A stretch of DNA of 61,790 nucleotides, the filler included, from Platydemus manokwari (taxonomy: Eukaryota): NCBI GenBank assembly GCA_037951405.1. It is 6 parts of 6 records of this genome, joined end to end, with 100 filler letters (N's around TTAATTAATTAA, not from the genome) between each part and the next. Parts side by side here need not be neighbours in the genome. Positions count along the whole stretch, not along the records: positions 10,118 to 19,809 come from JBBMOY011217100.1; positions 19,910 to 31,091 come from JBBMOY010852200.1; 4 more parts are not named here. One strand, written 5' to 3'. The stretch's first letter is position 1. The number at the start of each line of letters is the position of its first letter. This document shows positions 12,154 to 22,900 of this stretch, one piece after another. Position numbers and translations under genes: made by a program. The notes under the pieces were generated by a model that saw only the letters and a program-made list of their open reading frames with translations, had not been told where the DNA came from and did not search any database.

Positions 12154-12852
12154 TTATGCTGTAAGCATAGATGTTTTATTTATCAATCCCAATATTATAA
12201 CCAGTTTTAGTAATGTACTCATAAACCCTTCATTTAGTCCTCCTAGAGTTTCTATTCCAGTTATTGGGTTAGGTGGTTTTTGAATAAAGTTTTCCCATCC
12301 TCCATTTAATTGTATCCATCCGTTGATAGAGTTGTGTGCTATCCTAGTCATTCGATTGACTGTATCGTTTAATTGATTATCGCTTAGTTGTGATGCTTGT
12401 AGTATTTGATTTACTAGATAGGTTAGAGCAGCTTTAGTTCGTGCTTCCGTTAATCCATCTTGTACTAATTCGTTTATTAGAGTTTGTGGGTCGTTATCCT
12501 TATCGTTTATTGCCTTCCTAATTCGAGGTAAATATTTCTTTATTTCTACAATGAGTTCTTCATATCCTTCGAGTGAAACCCTTGGTAATTTGGTATTTTG
12601 AGGTTCCACTCCTCTTGCTAATTTTAGTAAAGTTTCTTTTATACTGCTTTTTACAGATGGCATTGTTTCGTCTGCTATGTTTCTTAATATTCTACTTTTT
12701 AGTTTAGTACCTACTTTTGGGTTTATTAGTTCCGTTGGTGGTTGAATTTTAATTATTTGAGAGTGAGGTGGTCTACCTCTTTTTCGTTGCCTTCTATCTC
12801 TTGGTTCATGTGGTTCGTTTCTTTGATTTGTTTCATTTTCGTCAATTAGATA
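12154..12852 (-). CDS. Bcl-2-like domain within the retroelement frame (ATG-initiated ORF 12154-12663; frame open from 12852), preceded by an AT-hook and followed by a hydrophobic segment
   Basis: ELVQDGLTEARTKAALTY resembles BH1 ELFRDGVNWGRIVAFFSF. WIQLNGGWENFI resembles BH2 WIQENGGWDTFV. E-to-W spacing is 51 aa versus 52 in Bcl-xL. Hydrophobic tail FMSTLLKLVIILGLI. Confidence 0.7.
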   Translation of the reverse strand, partial: YLIDENETNQRNEPHEPRDRRQRKRGRPPHSQIIKIQPPTELINPKVGTKLKSRILRNIADETMPSVKSSIKETLLKLARGVEPQNTKLPRVSLEGYEELIVEIKKYLPRIRKAINDKDNDPQTLINELVQDGLTEARTKAALTYLVNQILQASQLSDNQLNDTVNRMTRIAHNSINGWIQLNGGWENFIQKPPNPITGIETLGGLNEGFMSTLLKLVIILGLINKTSMLTA

Positions 12853-13915
12853 TTAATTTCTTGGTAGTTCGTCAAGTAGATTATCAGTTTCTATTATTAA
12901 TACGTTTGGTGTATTTAGGTCTGCCGTCGGCGGTAAAGTTTCATGTGGCGGTATAGTTTCATCTATGTCCACCTGAGATGGCTGGAGTTGAGTTTCTTCT
13001 ACTTGCGGAATTATTCCTTAATCTAATATCGGGATTGTGACTCTTTTCCAGTTTTTGTTAGTAGTAGGAACATTAATTACTTGTATTGATATTGTATATC
13101 CTGGTAGACATCCTATATCTACTAAGTATTCGTCATCGTCTATCGGTATTCCCATGCGGCTATAACGAATGGGTCCCGAGGTTGTTTTTACTCAATTATG
13201 TCATTTCTTAATCTTTTAGTTTTAGCGAATATGGAATAGTGGTTTATCCAGCTTCCGCCGTATTGCGGAGTCCTGTATGAGTACTGAGATCGGTTCTTAA
13301 ATCCTATTGCTATTTCTCATTGCGAGTCCGTTAAGTCGTAGTATTATCTGTTTACGTGGTAGGTTTACTTAGTTGATTTGTTAGTAAAGGCTCTAATTTT
13401 CTAATGTTTCGACAGGAGCAGTGACATATACAATACTCTCAAGCATTCTAAGTATTTTTTCTTGATCGATTATTCTTTGAGCTAATTCATTTTCGACTTC
13501 AGCTGGTAATTGTAATAGCTCTCTTTTTTCTGCCTGTGTCATTTCAATTGTGACTAGTGTGTTTTCTGTGTCTAGTGCTTTAATTTTTTTGGTATGATTA
13601 TTAATATTTTTAGTTAGATCCGTTTTGGGATCATAATTCGTAGGCATGATTATCATATCATCCTGTTTATGTAAGGTGTGCTGACCTATCTCTGTATCTT
13701 CGGCGGCTCAGCCGATTGTATATTTTGTATGAAGTTGGCTTCTGAGGCCTCATTAAGAAGTGACGTTTCGAGAGTATCGGCGGCTGCAGCAGTAGTAAGT
13801 GATATATCGTTATCTTTAGCTAAGGAGTTTTGTTTTTCTATTTTTAACTTGTTATTTCCTCCGATTGTCTTAGTTTACTATATGAGCTTGTTGAGAGTAT
13901 TACATTATAATGTTC

Positions 13916-15036
13916 CTATCGCGTACGTAGTCGCTCTAGTCTTATTCGTTCATCGTGAACTTGTTGCTCAAGTTGCACAAGTTTATCATATTTTTCCTGT
14001 TGTGTTAAACACACTTTTTGTATTATAGGCTTTTGTTGAGTATCCTTTGAATTAGTAGGGCATGATCGTCCTATATGTTCGAATTGGTTGCACCTAAAAC
14101 ATTTTATTTGTCCCTTAAGATTTACATTATCTCTTTTATCATTATTTTCCGTGATTGTTTTACCTCGGCAGATTAACGCGAGATGTCCCATTTTTACGCA
14201 TTTATCGCATTTTAAGTTGGTACATTTACATTGGCTTGTCGAGTGGTTTGTTCGACCACATTTGTTACATGGTATCGGTTTACCGTTTATATCTTTCATT
14301 GATCTGCATTCATTTGTTCGATGTCCAGTACGGAGGCATTCCTGACATTTTAAATTGGGTTTAGTATTGTTTTCATTTTTTTGTCCTTTAAAATTATTAT
14401 TATTAATATTGTTATTATTATTTTGCCACTTATTTTTTTATTTCTTGTACAGCGATTCCAAATTCGTTATTCCTCATGCTTGCATCCGCTATTCGTGCCT
14501 GGTGTACTAATTGTCCAAATTCATCTCCTATATGTAAGCTGAGTGCGTTTTTTATGGTTAAGTAGTCCGTCCCACAATTGATCTTTTACCATTTCTTCTT
14601 TATCGGGATCCCAATTTACTCTAGGGCCAAAAGCTCTTTCAGCTAATATTGTAAGTTGGTTGGCGAATTCCCCTATATGTTCCCCTGGTAATTGCTTCCG
14701 ATTTTTATATTGCTGCCTATACATTCTTCCTATGTTGGGTGGTAGAAGCGCTTCTCCGAAGGCTTGTTTAAAGTTATTCCACACTTGTAGTGGGGTGTCT
14801 CGGTTCATGATACGATTATATTGGTCCTTTGCCATACCTGTTAGATATATAGGCAGCTTTCTAATCATCTGATAATTGGTAATGTCGGCCATAAACTCGT
14901 GAAATCTACTAGGTTCCCCATTGTAAGGTTCTAATTTCATTTTTATATGTTGTTGCGCATTTGGTATGATTCTGGGAATCACATTTACCACTGGTGGTCG
15001 AATATTAGGTTGTTGTACGTTTTCTTCTTTCATCAT
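13916..15036 (-). pseudogene. gag: gag (capsid + four CX2CX4HX4C zinc knuckles), frameshifted around 14520 and 14430
   Basis: LEPYNGEP..F..F, LPIYLTGMAK..Y, W..FKQAF, RKQLPGEHIGEFANQL..LA and VKDQLWDGL are retrotransposon Gag motifs. Knuckles: CQECLRTGHRTNEC, CNKCGRTNHSTSQC, CDKCVKMGHLALIC, CFRCNQFEHIGRSC. Confidence 0.88.
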
Positions 15037-15041
15037 TATAT

Positions 15042-15059
15042 ATCACGTCGGGCTCACCA
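15042..15059 (-). promoter_or_regulatory. Primer-binding site complementary to the tRNA-Trp 3' end
   Basis: TGGTGAGCCCGACGTGAT matches the canonical tRNA-Trp PBS TGGTGACCCCGACGTGAT at 17/18. It lies 2 nt after ...CAACA and 5 nt before the gag ATG. Confidence 0.82.
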
Positions 15060-15061
15060 CT

Positions 15062-15157
15062 TGTTGAGTTCTCTTAGTGTTCGGGTTAGTTTACGAATAA
15101 CTTATTCTATATCCCAACTTATGCGTGTTCTCCTTATTTGTCAAATATTTTGCAACA
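15062..15157 (-). repeat. Candidate short (96-bp) 5' LTR
   Basis: Minus strand begins TGTTG and ends CAACA (5-bp inverted termini) directly before the PBS. No second copy is visible, so the 5' boundary is unconfirmed. Confidence 0.5.
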
Positions 15158-16074
15158 CCTGACTCCAAAGGTGCAGTGTATAATAACTATCCTTTATAAA
15201 AATTGAGATATATAATATATAACATATATAATATATAATATATAATGAAACAACTCGACTTCGTTTAAAAATATATTAAGATTTAGTTTAGTTATCAAAT
15301 ACAATATCAACAATTGATAAGATTGATATTAATAGACAATAGATGCTAATTAACAAATAACAAGCCTCGATGGGGGACGATTTGATGATTAATTGATTTA
15401 TGTTAAAACGCTAGATTTTACAGACTATATGTAGATAGAGTGTTAAATTTTGTTTGGTCTTTTATGGGTATCCCTGTAAGAGCCCTTTAATCGATTTTAT
15501 TGGGTTTTAGGCCTACTTGGCACCATAACCCCTTAGATCAAGTTTGTTTTGAATTTTATTTCTTTTTTGGTGCGAGTACCTCTAGTTGAACTGGGTTCAA
15601 TCTAGAGTTTTTATGTGATGGATGCAAATATGCTATGATATTTGTTTTAATAGGTAGAGCTTGAATAATTGATTTACAATTTGGTTTTTTTGATTCAAAA
15701 TAAAATTCAAATAAAATTAACTTGTTAATAGTTTAAATTGTTTAATATATACCAGTACAACTATAATTGTTGTCGGTTATTGAATTGCGATATAATAAAA
15801 TTGATTGTTATTGAAATTAATAGTATATCAAATCAATGTTTTAATAGAGATTATACTTATTAAATATGAAATTGCTTAACTCTTATTATTATCAATGATA
15901 AATCCTTACAATGATGTTGATAATTGCGGTCTGGTGATAGGCACTTTCTTTTACTTCTTCTTGTTCCCCATTTGGCTCCTTTTCTCAAAATTTATCTGCT
16001 TTTTCTGAGAGAACTTTGCTTTCTATGGCTCCTAGTTCTGTTTTCTTTAGTAACGTTTCTTGTTAAGTTGTTCC

Positions 16075-16296
16075 GCGAAGCTTCTAGTATCGTTATACCG
16101 TGATGGTTCTTTTATAGTAGAGAATAGTTTCGATTGTAGATAACAAGATTAATGCTTTTTCGTCTGAATAATAGTTGAAGTAATTCTTCTGCGAAGCTTC
16201 TTGTATCGGGATGGTCCTTTTATAGTAGAAGATTGAGTTGACTGTCAATAGTGAGATAAATGATTTTCCGTCTGAATAATAGTTGAGACAATTCTT
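16075..16296. repeat. Diverged tandem duplication, ~116-bp period
   Basis: Both units share GCGAAGCTTCT.GTATCG...GATGGT.CTTTTATAGTAGA...CGTCTGAATAATAGTTGA. Confidence 0.8.
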
Positions 16297-18463
16297 TAGG
16301 TGCGTTGTGTCAGATAACTAATTGTCCTTGATGACTTGGTATTGGGTAACTAATTATTTTTGTTGAATTGCTGTCACTGATAAGGCAAGTAATTATGAGA
16401 GGCAATTAGGTTTCTTTTGATTAGTGCGGTTATTTCTAAATTAGTTGTTTGTGGTGGTTAATTTAATTTTCTTGTCTTTTTATATTAATTTAATTTCTTC
16501 TTCGATTTCTTTTTTCTCTATTTTTTGTCTAAATTATTGCTATTTTTGCTTCAAAAATCCTCATTTTTCTATTTTTAAATCATGTATAAATTATGTTACT
16601 ATTTTTGTAATTATTTATTACTCTTTTTGTTATTTATTAACTTGTAGGGTTATTTTAGGAGTAAAAATCTGTAGTGACTAATATAGCTAATTTTTAATTA
16701 TCGTTATCTCCTTTTACTTTTAATTAATAATTAACATATTTTTATTTAATGACAATGACAATGCTCAATGTTCCATGTTCATTTTTATTTATGACAATGA
16801 TAATGACAACCATGTTCCCAACAATGTTCCCAACAATTATTACAATACTAGCATCAATTCAATGCCTGGAGAATGACCGAGCTTCTTCCAGACCGAAAGT
16901 CCTTTCACTGCTAATTTAAATCTGACAAAAAGTTATTCTCAAGCAGCCAGGCAAAACAGAGTCTAGCTACAAGAATTTCTTAAAAATTTTCATCTCCAAA
17001 CTTTTGGTAGAACAAGGGTTCACAATTGATTTTTAAATTTCTTGTAAAACAGAAAGCTGAAATATTTGTGCTTCTTCAGTTCAAATTCAATGCATAAAGA
17101 ATTCACAATACAAATTCGTTATAAGCCAATCGAGTAGTGAGTCTTATGATAATTGTGAACTCTTTTCCTTCATTCAAGCAATGTGAAATCAGTTCCTTTT
17201 CTTATTCTTGAGATCTAATCACTTCATTGGGTCATCTCAAACTCGTTAAGAAACATGCGTTGTGGTCAAGGTACCCTATATGTCGAACCTCCAGCGAATT
17301 TAAAATGTATTATAATAAATCTTCTCATGAATTTCAAATGCTCCATCTATTATGTAATTAATATTGCTCAAATCTATGATAAATATATAAAACTTACCCA
17401 AACAGAGTAATCCAATATTTCAAGAAATCAAGCAGAAATATGTGAATTGTTTGTTTTTATAACAATTGTTTACGTCCTAGTGTAAACATAAAAGTCTAAA
17501 GAACATTAGAATAAAGTATATTGTGTTGTCTGCTCGAACTATAATCGAGATGAAATGTAAACGTGCTAAAATCAAATTTTGAATCAAGAGCTTCTACCCT
17601 TTGTATTTCAAATACATTTTTAATCAGAAGTTATTCAGTGGCTTCACTTACTGTGCAACTATTATTAGAAAATAAGTCAGATATAAATTAAACCCACGTT
17701 AGAAAATCAGTAGTTTAAGTCATGACAATAAATAAATTCAGTTTTTCATTGTATTGTTTGTACAGTGTAATAAAAATCAAGTCGGCAATGCACAAGCTAA
17801 TTGATCAAAGTAAGAAAAGCAATTATAATAGGAAATTATAAGTAACCGACTTGTTTTTAATACCCGTGAATTTTAATCTTTTAAAACTCAAAGAAATGAC
17901 AGAGCATACATTATCATATAAACAAGGCAATGATAAAAAGTTAATAATCTGGCAGACGACAAATTGAATTAAAATTAAGTTTTTAAACAAGTTTGAAGCA
18001 CACCTTTGGTCAAAACGTTTTGGTTTTGGATTAAAAACTAGAACAACAAATTTTCAAACTTTTAATATATAAAACACTGAAATACTTAGCTCTGATGTTC
18101 TTATTCTGAATCTTTTAAGATATTTCAGAAATATTAAAATAAATTTAACAAAACTACCTTTTTAATTTAATTTTGCTACATAAATTTTATCTTTATTAAC
18201 TCTATATTATCAATGTAATCTTTTTTAACTTTTCTCTAAATAATTTTGTGATACAAATTTAAAATATTTAAATAACTTTTTTAACAAACCAATCATATTT
18301 TATAATAAAACTTGGATAATAAAATTAAATTAAAATTTATTTTAACTTTTTAAACTCTGTATTTAGGTGTTTGTTTTGTTATTTGTTATTTATTTTCAAG
18401 AAAATCATTTTGTAGGTATTGCTTGATTTTAAACACTAATAATTAGATTTAATTGAACAGAAG

Positions 18464-18631
18464 ATGCCCCACGCTAATGTTTGGCACTCTCATCCGAAAA
18501 ACTATGGTCAAGGAAGCAGACAATGCAGAGTTTGCTCTAATAGGCATGGATTGATAAGGAAATACGGTTTAAACATGTGCAGAAGATGCTTCAGAGAGAA
18601 TGCACAAATAATTGGTTTTAAAAAGGCATAA
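18464..18631 (+). CDS. RPS29: 40S ribosomal protein S29 (uS14)
   Basis: [55 protein letters not shown], with the CxxC...CxxC zinc motif. Probable 45-nt 5'UTR intron at 18416-18460. Too short for the supplied ORF track. Confidence 0.97.
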   Translation: MPHANVWHSHPKNYGQGSRQCRVCSNRHGLIRKYGLNMCRRCFRENAQIIGFKKA

Positions 18632-19809
18632 ATTTTAAAATAAATATTTGGAAATTTGATATTCATTATTTCTTTTTGATTTTATTATTTATATTATAAA
18701 TGTCAAGCATTATATAGTTGTAAAAACCTATATTTTAAAAATCATATTGTAAACAGGTTTGAATGTATAGTATTATTTGACTAATTAAAGTGTTATTTGT
18801 TAATTGTCTTTGGTTAACCTCAGCCAAGTTTCGAAGAGTATTTTAAAGTACAATTTCGTTTAATAGTTTCGGAAAGTTGTCAAATTTTCTATTTTATTTA
18901 CTTGAGCAAATAATGTGACAAAAATTTAATAAAGTTAGGTTTAATAATAATTATCATTGTTAACCATCGTCAATCACAATAACTGGGAATAACTTATTAA
19001 TTTAAATAATTTCAAATAGCATAGCAACGAAAATAAGAACAAAATTGAATAGAGTTATCATCAATTTTCTATTAAATTTTTACAAGAAAATAAAGCATTA
19101 TAATGACTATTACTATCGAAAACATTGTTTCAGTTTACCATCGTTTTCAATGCATTCAAGCTACGAAATAAAGTTCAAATATCATGTGACGTTTATTTTG
19201 AATAAGAATTAAATATGAAGATTTGTTTACGAAGCCATTTATATCTATCATTTTTGTATAATTTATAAATTTTTAAAGTTAGTTGTTATCTTTGATTTAG
19301 ATTAAAATTGTTAAATTATGAAATTGGTTTTTAAATATGGTTTTTAAATTAATATTTTTAATAAATTGTAATGATCTTGTACAAATACATTGCTATCAAT
19401 TTTTGTTGTAGTTTATCGTTGTTGGTGTACTGGTGTGGTAAGCATGCAATAAATTTTATATAGACATTTTTTTGATTTTACACCAAAAAATTATTTTTTT
19501 ACCAACTCTATTCTATTATTTTTTGTCATAATTTATGAAATTTTCATTAAATATTTTTAAAAAATGGTTAGCGATAGTTAATGACTTACAATTGGATTTT
19601 TAATGTATTTATTATATTTTCTTAACTTTTCTAGCCTCAAATATACCAATTCTTCGGTTTTCAGTGGTCTTCGATAAAAATTATAATTATTTAGTGAAAA
19701 TTGAGAAATCAATATTACATAATTCATTTAATTTCTTTTATATTATCGTGTTATTTACAGTTTTATTTTGATATGTTGTCGATAGTTAAAACTTTAAATT
19801 ATTAAAAAT

Positions 19810-19909
19810 NNNNNNNNNNNNNNNNNNNNNNNNNNNNNNNNNNNNNNNNNNNNTTAATTAATTAANNNNNNNNNNNNNNNNNNNNNNNNNNNNNNNNNNN
19901 NNNNNNNNN
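19810..19909. other. Assembly spacer
   Basis: N44-TTAATTAATTAA-N44. Confidence 0.97.
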
Positions 19910-19983
19910 AATATTTTCTTATGAGTTATGCTTCTTCAAATATGTGCATGAAAATCGGACATTTCATATGGGACAACCTAATA
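19910..19983. mobile_element. Terminal fragment (TIR + TA) of a mariner element, copy 1
   Basis: Reverse complement reads TA-TTAGGTTGTCCCATATGAAATGTCCG, a mariner-type TIR start. Identical to 31193-31266, with different flanks beyond the TA. Confidence 0.75.
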
Positions 19984-22900
19984 TTTCTAACACAAAGGCA
20001 ACTATATTAGATGGTGAGAACATATTTGTAAATATTAATAATGAAAAATTTAGTAAACGTTATATCAAATTAATCAATATTTAAGATCCATGTAAGATCC
20101 ATGGATTTGGCATTTTATCTCTTAAGAATGATAAAGACAATCATATCAGTCTATTACAACCTCACTGCAATATTAACACTGACATCACATTTTTATCATA
20201 CTTGCTGCTAGTTTACCAAATAAATATTCAAGGGGACAAAAGAACACGTATTATGGTAAAATATTGATTTTTCGTTCTTAATCGAAATTTAATTACATTA
20301 AATTATACGAATTTATTAATTCAAGAAAATACACGAATTAAGTTTTTAGTAGCCTTATTTCCAGACAAATCGACAATGAAATAGGTCATTTACATCATCA
20401 ATTCTACTATAAATAACAAATAAAATACCCTTCGGAAAAAACGAGCCGTTTAAGGAATAAATTGTCCTTTATTTATTCTCTTTTAATTTCTTTTTATAAA
20501 TTTATATTTAGCTATATAATTAGAGAGAATTATACCTATTTTAAGTTTGAAAAACACTGATGTGTATTACCCGAATATAACCTGATAAAAAAGACTTAAA
20601 ACGATTAATATATTTTTCTTTAATAAAGGTTTACTTTGAGTTGTATTCTTCAATAGAAATATGTAGTTTTATCACTAGATTCATCAGAATATTTGATGAA
20701 TTCATAGTCATTCTGGTGAATTTATCATCCTTTATAAATGCTTTGAGTTAGATTTTGAAAGAATACATAAAAAGAATAAAAAAAATTAAATAATTAGCAT
20801 TAATACGTTTATTAACCAAGGAACGTTAATTAACGTTGATCGTGGAATGATTAATCCATATCTAATAATCTATAATTTATATCATAAAATAAGACATTGG
20901 ACCAGACAGAACTTGACCTCGGGATAAAATCGTAATATAAATAATTAATCCTATCATTATAATTGCACTGACATACTCATTCGTTTTTCAAGTACATTAT
21001 TCCAAATTAAAATTTAAAAATTGATTCAGTTCATCAGTAGAAGAAAATGTTCAATGTATTAATTTATTGTAACTATATTTCCCAAAAACCATGATGATAA
21101 TTAACCGGAAGTTTGTTTTAATGATATCCATCCAATCAAAATTAAAAAAAAATTTATAATTTTTCGGTGACAACCGTAATGGTCAAATGATATCAATTTG
21201 ACGAGATATGAATGAGTTTTATAAAGCTTTATTTTGAATTCAGTTTTCGTTTCTATTATATGTGAAGTACTCTTAGCGAAAAGATAACCAAAATAAAGTC
21301 TCAGAACAAAGGCTTCTGTTGGATTAAATGATGAAACATAGATCAGGAATTTGATAATGTAATTTTATCAGATATTCTTTGGATTTGTGGTTTTGTAATG
21401 CCATTTCTAAGCATAGCTTAATTTTCATTTCATAAAAATATGACCTATTACTTCTGAAGTAAGATACAGAAGTAGATTTTGAAGCAGATCAGAATCATTT
21501 TGTCTGGCGTATATATAACGGTGATAATAAAAATGAATCTAAGGTTTTTGTGTTATCAAATGTATCGATAATAAAATTCTCTTCTTTAAATATATTCAGA
21601 GACACACACACACAAAAGAAATATCCTGAAAATTTTAATTACAAAATAAAATTCGAGTGACGAGATTTAAATAAGCAACCATTGCGTAAATATATTGTCT
21701 TCAAGTTCCGAAGAAAACATTTATATGTCAAAGTTTGTTTCAAAACTAAACTGCCAAGTGCTAGTACCATTTGCGGATTGAGAACTTTTCAGTTAATATA
21801 CAATATTATACTGAATTTGGGAATATTTTGACTTTTACTCATTTATTGGACTATAAACGAACATTTTGATCATTGACACGCACTTATTTTTAAATGAAAT
21901 TAGATAGAAGATAGCATTATGTTTAGTTAAAAGCCTACAAAACTATAATTAAGTTTATACTTAAATATTTAAGATTATTATTAGTATTATTAATATTATT
22001 ATTACTATAGAAAAAGTTTGGTGCAGAGAGTATAAACCAATAGAAAGCAAAATGACTTTTTATTGGATTATGTTGAAGCAATTTTAGATTGACTTTTTTT
22101 CCTATCTAATCAAAGACGTAATCACTTCTCTAACTGAAATTTTTCGAAAGCGGATAATGAATCAGTCTTTGTTAAGGTTAGTGGATATTTGTAAAAATTT
22201 ACCAATCATTCTGATAAATCGTACTGATAAAATTAGAAATCTATTACTCTCAATTTCACAACAAGAATAAATTCTGTAAGGTGGCTACAATGAATAAAAG
22301 AAAACGCCTTTCAAGTATAATTAAATATAAATAATTTATGTCAAGAAGAGATCGATAATTCACCGGAACTAAACTTGGCTTTGAACAATAAAGAAAAACT
22401 GTTATATAATTAAACGTAGAACAGATTGACGTTTTAAATACTGAAATATGAAAACCGTAGTAATAAGAAATATTTGGTATCCTTAAAATATTATAAATAA
22501 GTATTTATATACATGGTATATCATGGGTACTTTTCAATAAATTTATAATTAATTTTAAATAATTTCCCCAAGTTAAAAATTCCTTCATCAATCATTATAT
22601 AATGAAAACAAAATTTAAACTTGAAAAGGTTGAACGAATTTGTAGTTCCAAGGTTATTAAGTTATTTTTATAATCCATCAATTAAACCAATTGATACATA
22701 TAGAGCGATTTTACGCTTAACAAGTCAACAAATTATATAAACGTTAAAAAATTTTTAACCCAGAACTGCTTTAAGACGATATTATCTAATATAACTGATA
22801 ATTTTATAATATGAACTATGCTTTTGCAACAATACGTTGACTTTACGAAGCGATTTTAAAATAAATTAAGTTCGACTAATGTAATATTTTATCTAAAATC

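Larger units (their letters stand above)
11200..15157 (-). mobile_element. Decayed Ty3/gypsy (Mag-like) LTR retroelement: LTR-PBS-gag-(no pol)-Bcl-2-like-env-like; 3' boundary approximate
   Basis: CAACA-AG-PBS(tRNA-Trp) with ATG 5 nt later; retrotransposon Gag capsid motifs, four CCHC knuckles and a downstream cysteine-rich glycoprotein. Many frameshifts and stops. No 3' LTR found. Confidence 0.85.

Noticed and set aside
12154-12663. Reading this ORF as an ordinary host Bcl-2 gene
   Set aside because: It is intronless in an intron-rich genome, co-oriented, and in frame with both an upstream retroelement-like linker and the downstream env-like sequence.
11719-15162. Many plus-strand ORFs overlapping the retroelement
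   Set aside because: Antisense shadows of the minus-strand coding frames, with no recognisable motifs.
16751-16840. Short GACAAT / ATGTTCCCAACA repeats, superficially array-like
   Set aside because: Simple low-complexity repeats with no constant repeat-spacer structure; not CRISPR in this eukaryotic context.
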